Assembly (NCBI GenBank): GCA_020632335.1
Contig: JACKFV010000001.1
Span: forward strand, 210,001-242,000
DNA from: Candidatus Saccharimonadota bacterium
GTDB lineage: Bacteria; Patescibacteriota; Gracilibacteria; UBA4473
Direction of reading: 5' to 3'
DNA: 32,000 bases
Shown: in pieces, positions 1-9,019 of the stretch
Position numbering within the stretch: position 1 is the stretch's first letter
Layout of the letters: every line of letters starts with the position of its first letter
Notes under the pieces: model-generated
Databases searched by the model: none
The model's input: only the letters and a program-made list of their open reading frames with translations
Told to the model about the DNA's origin: nothing
Made by a program: the position numbers and the translations under genes

Positions 1-531
1 GTCATCGACATGCAACAGGGCTTCCGCTACCCCGAGGCCACCGCTATCCTCCCCCAAGTACAGCAGCTGGTGGAGCGCTTCCCTGGGCAGGTGGTGCTGA
101 GTCTCTTCCGTAATGAGCCGGGGAGTTTCTTCGAGACCCGCCTCCGGTGGAAGAAGATGCAGCGTGAAGAGGAGAGAGCCCTCATGCCCGAGCTCGACCG
201 GGCTTTACTCCCGCGGTTCTGGCACAGTGGGTACACGGTGCTCACCCCCGAACTCGTGCAGTATATAGAGGCCTACGCGCCTGATAGGGTCTATATAGCG
301 GGCATTTATACCGACGTCTGCGTGCTGCACACGGCCCTCAGCGCCGCTGACCACGGGTGGCATACGCTGGTGGTGCGTGACTGCTGCGCGTCGCTGCATG
401 GCTACCGGCACCACGTCATGGCGCTGGAGACGCTCCTCTATGCGCTGGGAGAGGAATATATGGTGCCGCTGCAGTCGCTCCTCCCGCAGGAAGATTCCCC
501 CTTGCCAGCCCGTAAAAACGCCCTAGAGTAG
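1..531 (+). CDS. Isochorismatase-family cysteine hydrolase; 5' end runs off the window
   Basis: The frame is open from base 1. It reads V-I-D-M-Q-Q-G-F, matching the family's N-terminal ..VIDMQNxF block that carries the catalytic Asp. 'VYIAGIYTDVCVLHTA' supplies the nucleophile Cys. Stop at 529-531. Confidence 0.75.
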   Translation, partial: VIDMQQGFRYPEATAILPQVQQLVERFPGQVVLSLFRNEPGSFFETRLRWKKMQREEERALMPELDRALLPRFWHSGYTVLTPELVQYIEAYAPDRVYIAGIYTDVCVLHTALSAADHGWHTLVVRDCCASLHGYRHHVMALETLLYALGEEYMVPLQSLLPQEDSPLPARKNALE

Positions 532-535
532 GAGT

Positions 536-1306
536 ATGACCCTCACGCTACTAGCGTATTGCTTTGGTCTGCTAACGGTACTGGCCCCGTGTGTGCTGCC
601 GGTGCTGCCGGTGGTCATTGGCGGTACTGTGGCGGGTGAGGGCCGCTGGCGCCCCTATGTCATCACGCTGTCGCTGGGGGTGAGTATTTTCCTCTTCAGC
701 GTAGGGCTGCAGCTGCTGAGCCGCGTTATATTCATCAACCCCGTGTGGCTGAAGACTGTATCGGTGGTGATTCTCATCGGCTTTGGGCTCATCACGCTCT
801 TCCCGCAGCTCTGGGAGGGGGCAAAGCGCGTACTGCACCTGCGCGATGGCACCGCGGCTCTCTCCGTTGCAGGGCGTACACCGGGGCTCTGGGGGGCGAT
901 ACTGACGGGAGCGGCGCTCGGCCCGGTCTTCAATAGCTGCTCACCCACCTACGCGCTCATCCTCTCTACTGTGCTGCAGCAGCAGTTCTGGTACGGGGTG
1001 TGGCTGCTCTTGGTGTATGTCTTGGGACTGAGCACTATTGTGCTCCTCATTGCGGTATACGGCGGCCGACTGATACAGCGGCTGCGCGGCGCGGCAGACC
1101 CTCGCGGGTGGTTCAAGCGCCTCCTTGGGGTCCTCTTTATCCTCGTGGGGGTGATGGTGTGGCAGGGGTGGGATAAGCAGCTCGAGGCCTTTATTATTCG
1201 CCAGGGGTGGTATATAGATACTACCGCACTGGAAGAAACCTCCCTCAGCCCTACGCGTGAGCACCTGCAACGCCAGAAAGCTCCGCCAGGGAACGCTTCT
1301 TCTTAA
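536..1306 (+). CDS. ccdA: CcdA/DsbD-core thiol:disulfide transmembrane electron transporter
   Basis: 256 aa polytopic membrane protein. 'LAPCVLPVLPVV' and 'NSCSPTYALI' are the two Cys-bearing helices typical of CcdA. ATG verified at 536, 4 nt after the upstream stop. Confidence 0.75.
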   Translation: MTLTLLAYCFGLLTVLAPCVLPVLPVVIGGTVAGEGRWRPYVITLSLGVSIFLFSVGLQLLSRVIFINPVWLKTVSVVILIGFGLITLFPQLWEGAKRVLHLRDGTAALSVAGRTPGLWGAILTGAALGPVFNSCSPTYALILSTVLQQQFWYGVWLLLVYVLGLSTIVLLIAVYGGRLIQRLRGAADPRGWFKRLLGVLFILVGVMVWQGWDKQLEAFIIRQGWYIDTTALEETSLSPTREHLQRQKAPPGNASS

Positions 1307-1317
1307 CCCCCTTTCTT

Positions 1318-1536
1318 ATGAAGCACACTCCTCTTCACTCGGCTGCGTGGATCCTCGTTCTGGTCGGCGCGCTCAACTGGGGCCTTGTTGGCCTTGGTAG
1401 CTTCTTCGGCGGCAACTGGAACGTGGTGAACCTTATTTTTGGTTCTGTTCCCGTACTCGAGAGTATCATCTACCTCCTGGTAGGGATTGCCGGTGTCCTC
1501 ATGCTTACCTCCTGCGGCAGCTGCAAGACCAAGTAA
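1318..1536 (+). CDS. DUF378-type small membrane protein
   Basis: 72 aa with two TM helices. 'VGALNWGLVGL' matches the DUF378 signature as I remember it. ATG verified. Confidence 0.65.
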   Translation: MKHTPLHSAAWILVLVGALNWGLVGLGSFFGGNWNVVNLIFGSVPVLESIIYLLVGIAGVLMLTSCGSCKTK

Positions 1537-1574
1537 TACTTGCTCTCAGAGGTCAAACCCCCTAGGGTCACCTC

Positions 1575-2900
1575 ATGGAATTCTGGCGGTCTATCACCCC
1601 TCCCTTGCTGCGGCTCTGGCAGAGCGGAGGGGTGTGGCTGCTCGTCAGCGCAGGGGTGAGCAAAGTGCTGGGCATCGTGCGGGATAACCTGCTGCTCAGC
1701 CTCTACCACGACCCCCACACGGTAGACGCCATCTTCACGGCCTTTCGTGTGCCGGATTTTTTCTTTGCGCTGCTCATCTCTGGCACGGTGGCGAGCCTGC
1801 TGCTGCCCCGGGTGTCGGCCCTTGGGGAGGCAGAACAACGCCAGTGCACGCAGAGCTTCTTGTGGGGGGTGATTCTCCTCTTTGGCGTGGTGGTGGGAGT
1901 GGCTATAGTCCTCGCGCCGTGGCTGCTGCGGGTCTTTGCCAGTGGCTTTACCCCCGCCGAGCAACTGCAGATCCTCCCGCTGGTACGGCTGCTTTTTGGC
2001 TCGGTGTACCTGCTGGCGGTGTCGTCGGTATTCTCTGCCTCGCTGCAGCAGCAGCACCACTATGGCTGGATTTCTCTGTCTCCCGTGCTCTATACGGGGG
2101 GTATCTGCCTGCTGCTTTCCCGAGCCCTGGGGACAGACGTGCCGCTGGCCTACACGGGCGTGGCGGCCATTACGGGGGCGGGGCTGCATCTGCTGGCTAC
2201 GGTGCTAGGGTACCGCCTGCACGGGGGCGGCTTTGGGTGGAGCTGGAGGACGCCGCTCAGCGCCTTTATGGGGTTTTGGAAAGATTTCTCGCAGCGGGTG
2301 GCCAATGGGTCTGTGTTTCAGGTCAACTACACGGTGGATATCCTCATCGCACAGCACCTGGTAGCGGGAGCCGTCACTGCCACCAGCATCGGGATCAACA
2401 CCGGGCATGTGCTGCTGAGCCTGCTGGCCTACCCCGTGGCGCAGTATGTCTTCCCGCATCTCACCCGCGCGCAGGGCAACTTTACCCGCCAGTGGAGCGT
2501 GCTGAGGCGCACCCTGCAGCTGCTGCTCCTGCTCACGGTGCCGGTGTGCCTGGTGGCTGCGGTACTCTCGCCGTGGTTGATCCCCGCGGTGTTCCGCTCG
2601 CTCACGGGCCCTACGCTCACCGCCACGGTGCAGATCTTCACCATCGTGGTATTGTCGCTGCCCTTTGCCTGCTGTATACCGGTGCTGTCGCGGCTCTTCC
2701 TGGCCAATAACGACGCGCGCACGCCGCTGCGCATCAGCATCATCGCCCTGGGGACGGGCAGCCTGCTCTCGCTGCTGCTCAGCTTTTTCGTCCTGCCGGA
2801 GCCAAGCGCTGTCCTCGGGATAGCCATGGGAACTGCGGTGGCCAATGCCCTCTCGGCGCTGCTCTATGCTTGGCACCTGCGGCGATATCTGCTAGCATAG
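1575..2900 (+). CDS. murJ: Lipid II flippase MurJ/MviN family
   Basis: 441 aa with about 12-14 TM segments. The N-terminal block 'RDNLLLSLYHDPHTVDAIFTAFRVPDFFFALLISGTVASLLLP' matches the conserved MurJ N-terminus (R..., DAF..AFxxP). ATG verified. Confidence 0.75.
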   Translation: MEFWRSITPPLLRLWQSGGVWLLVSAGVSKVLGIVRDNLLLSLYHDPHTVDAIFTAFRVPDFFFALLISGTVASLLLPRVSALGEAEQRQCTQSFLWGVILLFGVVVGVAIVLAPWLLRVFASGFTPAEQLQILPLVRLLFGSVYLLAVSSVFSASLQQQHHYGWISLSPVLYTGGICLLLSRALGTDVPLAYTGVAAITGAGLHLLATVLGYRLHGGGFGWSWRTPLSAFMGFWKDFSQRVANGSVFQVNYTVDILIAQHLVAGAVTATSIGINTGHVLLSLLAYPVAQYVFPHLTRAQGNFTRQWSVLRRTLQLLLLLTVPVCLVAAVLSPWLIPAVFRSLTGPTLTATVQIFTIVVLSLPFACCIPVLSRLFLANNDARTPLRISIIALGTGSLLSLLLSFFVLPEPSAVLGIAMGTAVANALSALLYAWHLRRYLLA

Positions 2901-2915
2901 AGGGGCCCCCTCGTT

Positions 2916-3344
2916 ATGAGCCCCACGCCAGAACTCACCGGCATCATAGACCAGCTCTCCCCCGTTATCCTCGCCATGGCGGATATCATCGGGTTGATCG
3001 GGCTCTTTATCATTGTGGTGGGGTCAGTGAAGGCCATGTATTACTTCTTCGACTCGCTCTTCACGAGGGATCACCAGCACCACCAGCACAGCCATATACG
3101 GTCTGTACTGGGGGCGCATCTCATCCTGGGGCTGGATTTCCTCGTCGGCAAAGACGTCATCGACACCCTGCTTATCCACTCCATCGGTGAGATCTGGGAG
3201 ACGCTAGCGAGCCTGGTAACGGTGGTGGGGATACGGATAGTCCTGACGGTATTCCTCATCAAAGAGCTGGAGAAGTTCCAGAACGAGGACGCACTGCTGA
3301 GCCATATCATGTTCGGGGAAGAGGACGATACGCCCTCCTCATAG
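2916..3344 (+). CDS. DUF1622-type membrane protein
   Basis: 142 aa. 'IRSVLGAHLILGLDFLVGKDVIDTL' and 'VGIRIVLTVFLIKELE' resemble the conserved DUF1622 helices. ATG verified. Confidence 0.55.
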   Translation: MSPTPELTGIIDQLSPVILAMADIIGLIGLFIIVVGSVKAMYYFFDSLFTRDHQHHQHSHIRSVLGAHLILGLDFLVGKDVIDTLLIHSIGEIWETLASLVTVVGIRIVLTVFLIKELEKFQNEDALLSHIMFGEEDDTPSS

Positions 3345-3773
3345 CTAACGCCCGCCCTTCACATAGCCGTCGGCTTCGGCCTCCAGTGCGGTCTCATAGT
3401 AGCGGCGATTCTCCGGCGCCACTGACCGCGCATAGTGCGTCGTACTCTCGTAGTACTTGCCGGAGTCCGCATTGGCCGTGTAGGGGTAGCGAAGCAGGGG
3501 GAGATCCGCCGTGGTGGGCACCTGGCTGAGCGGCACGGTGAGCGTCCCATCAGTGACCTCCTGCAGGTGTGTGCCCGTCCATACCGCTCTGGCCGTACCC
3601 GTGACCGCTATGGTGAGGGTGTCCCCCTCCACCGCAGTGAAATCCAGCACCGGCACCGTGGGAGGGAGCGCCGTGACCTCTGCTAGCGGGGGAGACAGCG
3701 TCAGCCGCGCAACAGTAGCCCCTATGATGCCCCCCAGGAGTACCAGCACTACCGACCCGAGCAGCTGCTTCAT
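3345..3773 (-). CDS. Membrane-anchored hypothetical protein with a Cys-less 'sunset/Ada-Zn-like' C-terminal motif
   Basis: N-terminal TM helix 'LLGSVVLVLLGGIIGATVA', then a Thr/Val-rich beta-type ectodomain. C-terminus is 'GKYYESTTHYARSVAPENRRYYETALEAEADGY'. It lies 39 nt downstream of the MacB-type permease on the same strand. ATG verified. Confidence 0.55.
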   Translation of the reverse strand: MKQLLGSVVLVLLGGIIGATVARLTLSPPLAEVTALPPTVPVLDFTAVEGDTLTIAVTGTARAVWTGTHLQEVTDGTLTVPLSQVPTTADLPLLRYPYTANADSGKYYESTTHYARSVAPENRRYYETALEAEADGYVKGGR

Positions 3774-3812
3774 ACCCGTACTCTAGGCCAGGTCTGCGCT
3801 GCTGCAAGCGCT

Positions 3813-5063
3813 TTACTCGTAGCGCAGTGCCGTGATGGCGTCCATCTGCGCTGCCTTCTTGGCCGGGCTATAGCCAAACACCGCCCCCACCACCACCGCC
3901 GTACCGATGCCCACCGCCACGGCTATGGGGTCAATGCTGAAGGCCCACTCATAGCCCTGCCGGCGCGCCAGCACCGCCACCAGGTAGCTGAGCGCCATGC
4001 CCAGCGCCGTACCAATGAGCCCCCCCAGCACCGTCAGCACGAGCGTCTCGGTGAGGAATTGCAGCCGTATAGACCCCGCTTTTGCCCCCAGCGCCTTCCG
4101 CAGGCCTATCTCCTTAGTGCGGCGCTGCACGTTAGCCAGCATGATATTCATAATGCCGATGCCCCCCACTATCAGGCTAATGCCCGCCACCAGCGCGAGA
4201 AACACCCGCACCGCACTGGTGATGCCCGTCACCATATTCAGCGCGTTCACCACCAGCCGCACGCTGAAGTCGCTCTCCTCGCCCGCCGCTATACGGTGCC
4301 GGTACCGCAGCCGCTGCTCCACGGCCTGCTGGACAAAGGACAGATAGCGGTCCTCGGTCACGCTTAGCCGCACTGCCTGGATGTAGTCTACCCCTGCCAG
4401 GCGCTTCTGCGCGGTGAGCACCGGCACATAGATGGTCTCGTCCGGGCTGCCAAATACCTGCGACCCCTTCTTCTGGAGGATACCCACCACGGTGTATTTC
4501 TCCTCGCCTATCGTCACCCGCTCGCGTAGCAGCCCCAGTGGCGAGGCCCCCGAGGGGCTCAGATCCTCCGCAATGGTGGCCCCCAGCACCACCACCCGCG
4601 CCGCACTGCGGTTCTCCTCCGCGGTGAAGAAGCGCCCCGCACGCATGGTCAGCCCGTCTACCAGCGCAAACCCAGGGCTGCGCCCCTCATAGCTCACGTC
4701 CAGTGTGGTCCGCCCATGCTGCAGCGTACTCGTGCTCTGGTAGACTGCCGTGACGCCCTCTATGTAGGGGATGTCCTCCAGCGCAAGCGAATCCTCGTAA
4801 GTGAGCGTGGTGACGAGTATCCCCTGCGCCGCCGCCGGGGGGCCGTTCTCATCCGACGCGCCGGCCAGTACTGTGATGGTCCGTGTACCCACCTTGGCGA
4901 TACTGCCCGTGATGAGGCTCTGCCCGCCGGCCCCCACGCTGATGATGGTGATGACGCTGGCCACCCCGATGATAATGCCCGCCATGGTGAGCAAACTGCG
5001 CCCGATATTCACCGCCAGTGCCCGCCACGACTGTGATACCGCCAGTGCTATCTCTCGGAGCAT
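3813..5063 (-). CDS. ABC transporter permease, MacB/FtsX family
   Basis: 416 aa with N-terminal TM 'LLTMAGIIIGVASVITIISVG' and a large extracytoplasmic domain. The C-terminal FtsX bundle carries 'RTKEIGLRKALGA'. ATG verified. There is no adjacent ATPase gene. Confidence 0.85.
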   Translation of the reverse strand: MLREIALAVSQSWRALAVNIGRSLLTMAGIIIGVASVITIISVGAGGQSLITGSIAKVGTRTITVLAGASDENGPPAAAQGILVTTLTYEDSLALEDIPYIEGVTAVYQSTSTLQHGRTTLDVSYEGRSPGFALVDGLTMRAGRFFTAEENRSAARVVVLGATIAEDLSPSGASPLGLLRERVTIGEEKYTVVGILQKKGSQVFGSPDETIYVPVLTAQKRLAGVDYIQAVRLSVTEDRYLSFVQQAVEQRLRYRHRIAAGEESDFSVRLVVNALNMVTGITSAVRVFLALVAGISLIVGGIGIMNIMLANVQRRTKEIGLRKALGAKAGSIRLQFLTETLVLTVLGGLIGTALGMALSYLVAVLARRQGYEWAFSIDPIAVAVGIGTAVVVGAVFGYSPAKKAAQMDAITALRYE

Positions 5064-5120
5064 ACTCTCAGTCTAGCCCAGCCAACGCCAAAAAACCAGC
5101 AGAAAGCCGGCTATACAGAG

Positions 5121-5190
5121 AAAAAAACTCAAGATACCGATATCAAAACCAAAGGATAGTAGTACAGATATAAATATCTTGAGTTTTTTT
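5121..5190. repeat. ~70-nt AT-rich imperfect palindrome; a possible bidirectional terminator or recombination-type hairpin 3' of the islet ORF
   Basis: 5121-5136 AAAAAAACTCAAGATA pairs perfectly with 5175-5190 TATCTTGAGTTTTTTT. The helix continues at 5140-5144 / 5167-5171 after a 3x3 internal loop. It sits 11 nt beyond the stop of ORF 5202-5972. Confidence 0.6.
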
Positions 5191-5201
5191 GTGAACAATT
5201 A

Positions 5202-5972
5202 TTATTGTCTCAGCGGGAGTATTTGTGCTTTACCTCCAGGGTAGGTTACCTTGGTATAGTCCCCTGGGAGAGCGATAATCTCTATGGGCCCATTAGAAGT
5301 TTCAATTTCTATCCGGGCTCCTTTCTCAAGAGATTTTAAAGTATTTTTTACCTTATCGACTGTTGCCTGGTTTAGTTCAACAGTCGAAACCTCGTAGCCA
5401 TTTTCAAATGCATTAAACAAGACATCACTAAGTCTTGTATGATTTGAAGTAGCTGCTATGGTTAGAGTTCTTAAGGGATCTCTTAAACGCTGAAATATAT
5501 TAAACGAACTAAGAAAACACTCAGCGAGTAGGACTCCTTCTTCGTTGTATATACTTGCTGTGGGCTCTACCCCATAGGTCTGGGAATAATGCCATTTCCC
5601 ATTATTACTGCGGATCGCCACGCCAGAGATCGGAAATCTTACACCGCTGTATTTTATTTCTACCCTCTTGGGTAGTAACGGTAAATTTTCTCGTTTTAAC
5701 TGGACATTTACCCAGTATTGAACGATTACATCCAATCCTTGATGGGATATAATCGGCTGCATCCAACGAGAAAACTCCTCTTGAGTTATGCTCTCTCGAA
5801 CACCAGCGAACAAGGCTCTCTCATGGGAATCCCAGATGGGATGTCTCTCATTAGCACTATTAGTAATGCTACCAAAATTTTTTGCAGCGTCATATGTTCC
5901 CGAGCTTCTGCAAGAAATAAGGTTAATAATCATGCCACCACATAGGATGGCGAAAAAGAATACTCTTTTCAT
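5202..5972 (-). CDS. Orphan lipoprotein in an AT-rich islet
   Basis: 256 aa. The signal peptide plus lipobox 'MKRVFFFAILCGGMIINLISC' fits L-I-S-C. I recognise no family. Hand-counted G+C is 23/60 and 25/60 in lines 5281-5340 and 5341-5400, against 37/60 in line 4981-5040. ATG verified. Confidence 0.6.
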   Translation of the reverse strand: MKRVFFFAILCGGMIINLISCRSSGTYDAAKNFGSITNSANERHPIWDSHERALFAGVRESITQEEFSRWMQPIISHQGLDVIVQYWVNVQLKRENLPLLPKRVEIKYSGVRFPISGVAIRSNNGKWHYSQTYGVEPTASIYNEEGVLLAECFLSSFNIFQRLRDPLRTLTIAATSNHTRLSDVLFNAFENGYEVSTVELNQATVDKVKNTLKSLEKGARIEIETSNGPIEIIALPGDYTKVTYPGGKAQILPLRQ

Positions 5973-6055
5973 TGTTGATATGGTTTTTTAGTGAAAAAAT
6001 AAGAGTCCTGCTACCCCGCCGCAGCCGAGTAGTATGGACGCTTACTCTTCACTTT

Positions 6056-6070
6056 TCGGTATCTTGAGTT
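6056..6070. repeat. Third copy of the islet-bounding repeat (TCGGTATCTTGAGTT)
   Basis: Perfect 15-nt inverted repeat of 5126-5140 (AACTCAAGATACCGA). It also shares the 11-nt direct repeat TATCTTGAGTT with 5175-5185. Confidence 0.7.
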
Positions 6071-6242
6071 ATAAAGGAACCCCAGAAGCAGCGGTATCCC
6101 TGCGCTTATGGTATATATAGTCTCTACCACAAATACTGCAAATAGTCAATATTTTTGTAGAATTTCCCCAGCGAGGAGCGCCATTTCCTTGACAGAAAGG
6201 CCCCGGGTTCTACTCTACCACTTGTATAAACGCCCGCGATTC

Positions 6243-6500
6243 ATGCCACTTATCCGATCTGCCATCAAACAAATGCGGCAAAACCGCACCCGTCGCCAGC
6301 GGAATCTCATCACCAAGCGACAGTATAAATCTCTGATGAAGCAGTACGAAACGCTGATAAAAGCCGGGGAGAAGGACAAGGCCGCGGCGCTCTACCCTCA
6401 GGTGCAGAAGTCACTCGACATGGCCGCGAAGAAGAACCTCCTCCACCCCAAGAACGCCGGGCACAAGAAATCACAACTGGCCAAGATGCTGGCCGCCTAA
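6243..6500 (+). CDS. rpsT: 30S ribosomal protein S20
   Basis: 'MPLIRSAIKQMRQNRTRRQRNLITKRQYKS...LLHPKNAGHKKSQLAKML' is an S20-type sequence. Homology begins at the internal ATG 6243, so the track ORF start 6108 is an AT-rich upstream extension. Confidence 0.9.
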   Translation: MPLIRSAIKQMRQNRTRRQRNLITKRQYKSLMKQYETLIKAGEKDKAAALYPQVQKSLDMAAKKNLLHPKNAGHKKSQLAKMLAA

Positions 6501-6511
6501 GCCCCAGAGCC

Positions 6512-6814
6512 ATGGCGCAGGTAACCGTACAGAACCGATTGGGTGAGAACGAGGGCTGCTTCACCGGTAATGCCGAGGAGTCGCTGGGCGTGCAAGCGCA
6601 AGACGAGGGCATCCCCGTGCCATTCAGCTGTGGGGTGGGCGCCTGCCGCACCTGTATGTGTACTGTGCTGGAGGGTCTGGAACACATCGACCGCGAGGCC
6701 GTGGGGCCGCAGCAGATCCCTACCGAGGAGGACGCCATCCTCAGCTGCATCGCCAGTCTGAGGGAAGACACCCCCCCCGACGCGCAGGTTACGCTCCGCA
6801 GCGAGAATCTCTAG
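6512..6814 (+). CDS. 2Fe-2S ferredoxin (plant/adrenodoxin-type Cys pattern)
   Basis: 100 aa. 'SCGVGACRTCMC' gives C-x4-C-x2-C, and a distal Cys lies in 'ILSCIA'. ATG verified. Confidence 0.8.
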   Translation: MAQVTVQNRLGENEGCFTGNAEESLGVQAQDEGIPVPFSCGVGACRTCMCTVLEGLEHIDREAVGPQQIPTEEDAILSCIASLREDTPPDAQVTLRSENL

Positions 6815-6838
6815 CCCTCCTGCGCAGCATGCCAAGAG

Positions 6839-6867
6839 AAAACCCCACCATTGCTGGTAGGGCTTTT
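6839..6867. terminator. Candidate bidirectional intrinsic terminator between convergent ferredoxin and groEL
   Basis: AAAA-CCCCACCA-TTGC-TGGTAGGG-CTTTT forms a 7-bp stem with one bulged A and a 4-nt loop. It is flanked by an A-run and a T-run. Confidence 0.45.
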
Positions 6868-6896
6868 AGTCTCTCTTGCGGGAGCGTCTGCGCGGT

Positions 6897-8558
<1,662 letters not shown>

Positions 8559-8578
8559 TTAGAAAAATAAAGGATTGT

Positions 8579-8866
8579 CTACACTTCTTTAGCCAGCACG
8601 CTCTTCGCGTCGAGGATATAGAGTTCCTCCCCGTTGATCTTCAGCTCGGTAGGGGCATACTTGGTGAAGTACACCGTGTCCCCCTCCCGCAGCTGCTGCA
8701 GCGTCTGAGCCTGGTCAATGGGCGTGGAGCTCAGCGCTACTACTATCCCCTTCATGGGTTTTTCTTTACTCGCGGTATCGGGGATGATAATGCCAGAGCT
8801 GGTCTTCGTCTCGGCGGTAACGGGCCGCACCAGTAGGTTATCTCCAAGCGGTTGCAGTGATGTCAT
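8579..8866 (-). CDS. groS: Co-chaperonin GroES (Cpn10)
   Basis: 95 aa from the internal ATG 8866 ('MTSLQPLGDNLLVRPV...GIIIPDTA...'). The longer track ORF (to 8974) would read through the CIRCE operator. Confidence 0.93.
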   Translation of the reverse strand: MTSLQPLGDNLLVRPVTAETKTSSGIIIPDTASKEKPMKGIVVALSSTPIDQAQTLQQLREGDTVYFTKYAPTELKINGEELYILDAKSVLAKEV

Positions 8867-8894
8867 CGGAAGAAATAAGGAATACAGCGGCATC

Positions 8895-8921
8895 TTAGCA
8901 CTCAGCACCACGGAGTGCAAA
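8895..8921 (-). promoter_or_regulatory. CIRCE (HrcA operator) upstream of groES
   Basis: TTAGCACTC-N9-GAGTGCAAA has one mismatch to the consensus TTAGCACTC-N9-GAGTGCTAA. It lies 28 nt upstream of the groES ATG. Confidence 0.8.
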
Positions 8922-8959
8922 TAATTTTTGCGGCTTCTCTCTCCACCTCTATCCCTCAT

Positions 8960-8988
8960 AAAAAGCCCCCGCACCAGCAGAGGCTTTT
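8960..8988 (-). terminator. Candidate intrinsic terminator after the acidic lipoprotein gene
   Basis: Minus-strand sequence is AAAAGCCTCTG-CTGGTG-CGGGGGC-TTTTT. The stem is 7 bp including two G-U pairs, the loop is 6 nt, and a T5 run follows. Confidence 0.45.
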
Positions 8989-9019
8989 CTGTATACGGTT
9001 CTGTAGCAAGGATATACCC

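Noticed and set aside
5121-5190. Reading the ~70-nt palindrome as a bona fide integron attC site.
   Set aside because: The integron core and inverse-core consensus (GTTRRRY / RYYYAAC) is not met; the sites here are GTTTTTT and GTTATAA. No intI or attI is visible. I kept only the weaker 'cassette-like geometry' statement.
6189-6230. TTGACA (6189-6194) and TATAAA (6225-6230) upstream of rpsT as a promoter pair.
   Set aside because: The spacer is 30 nt, far from the 16-18 nt expected. TATAAA alone might act as a -10 element 12 nt before the ATG, but I could not find a matching -35, so I did not list a promoter.
6108-6242. N-terminal extensions offered by the ORF track: rpsT from 6108, groES to 8974, the acidic lipoprotein to 9424, the DHH-like gene from 9494, hicB to 23738, livM to 24588, gatB from 27312, and the small membrane protein to 27595.
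   Set aside because: In each case family homology or a signal peptide begins at an internal ATG. The extension also runs through regulatory DNA (CIRCE or promoter-like AT-rich sequence) or overlaps the neighbouring gene.
6771-6778. Homopolymer tracts as possible phase-variation switches: C8 at 6771-6778 in the ferredoxin gene, G7 at 11022-11028 in alaX, G7 at 15610-15616, and several C7 runs at 18710-18752 in ftsW.
   Set aside because: They encode in-frame Pro or Gly runs in housekeeping genes of a GC-rich genome. Nothing in this single sequence indicates length variation, and such genes are unlikely contingency loci.
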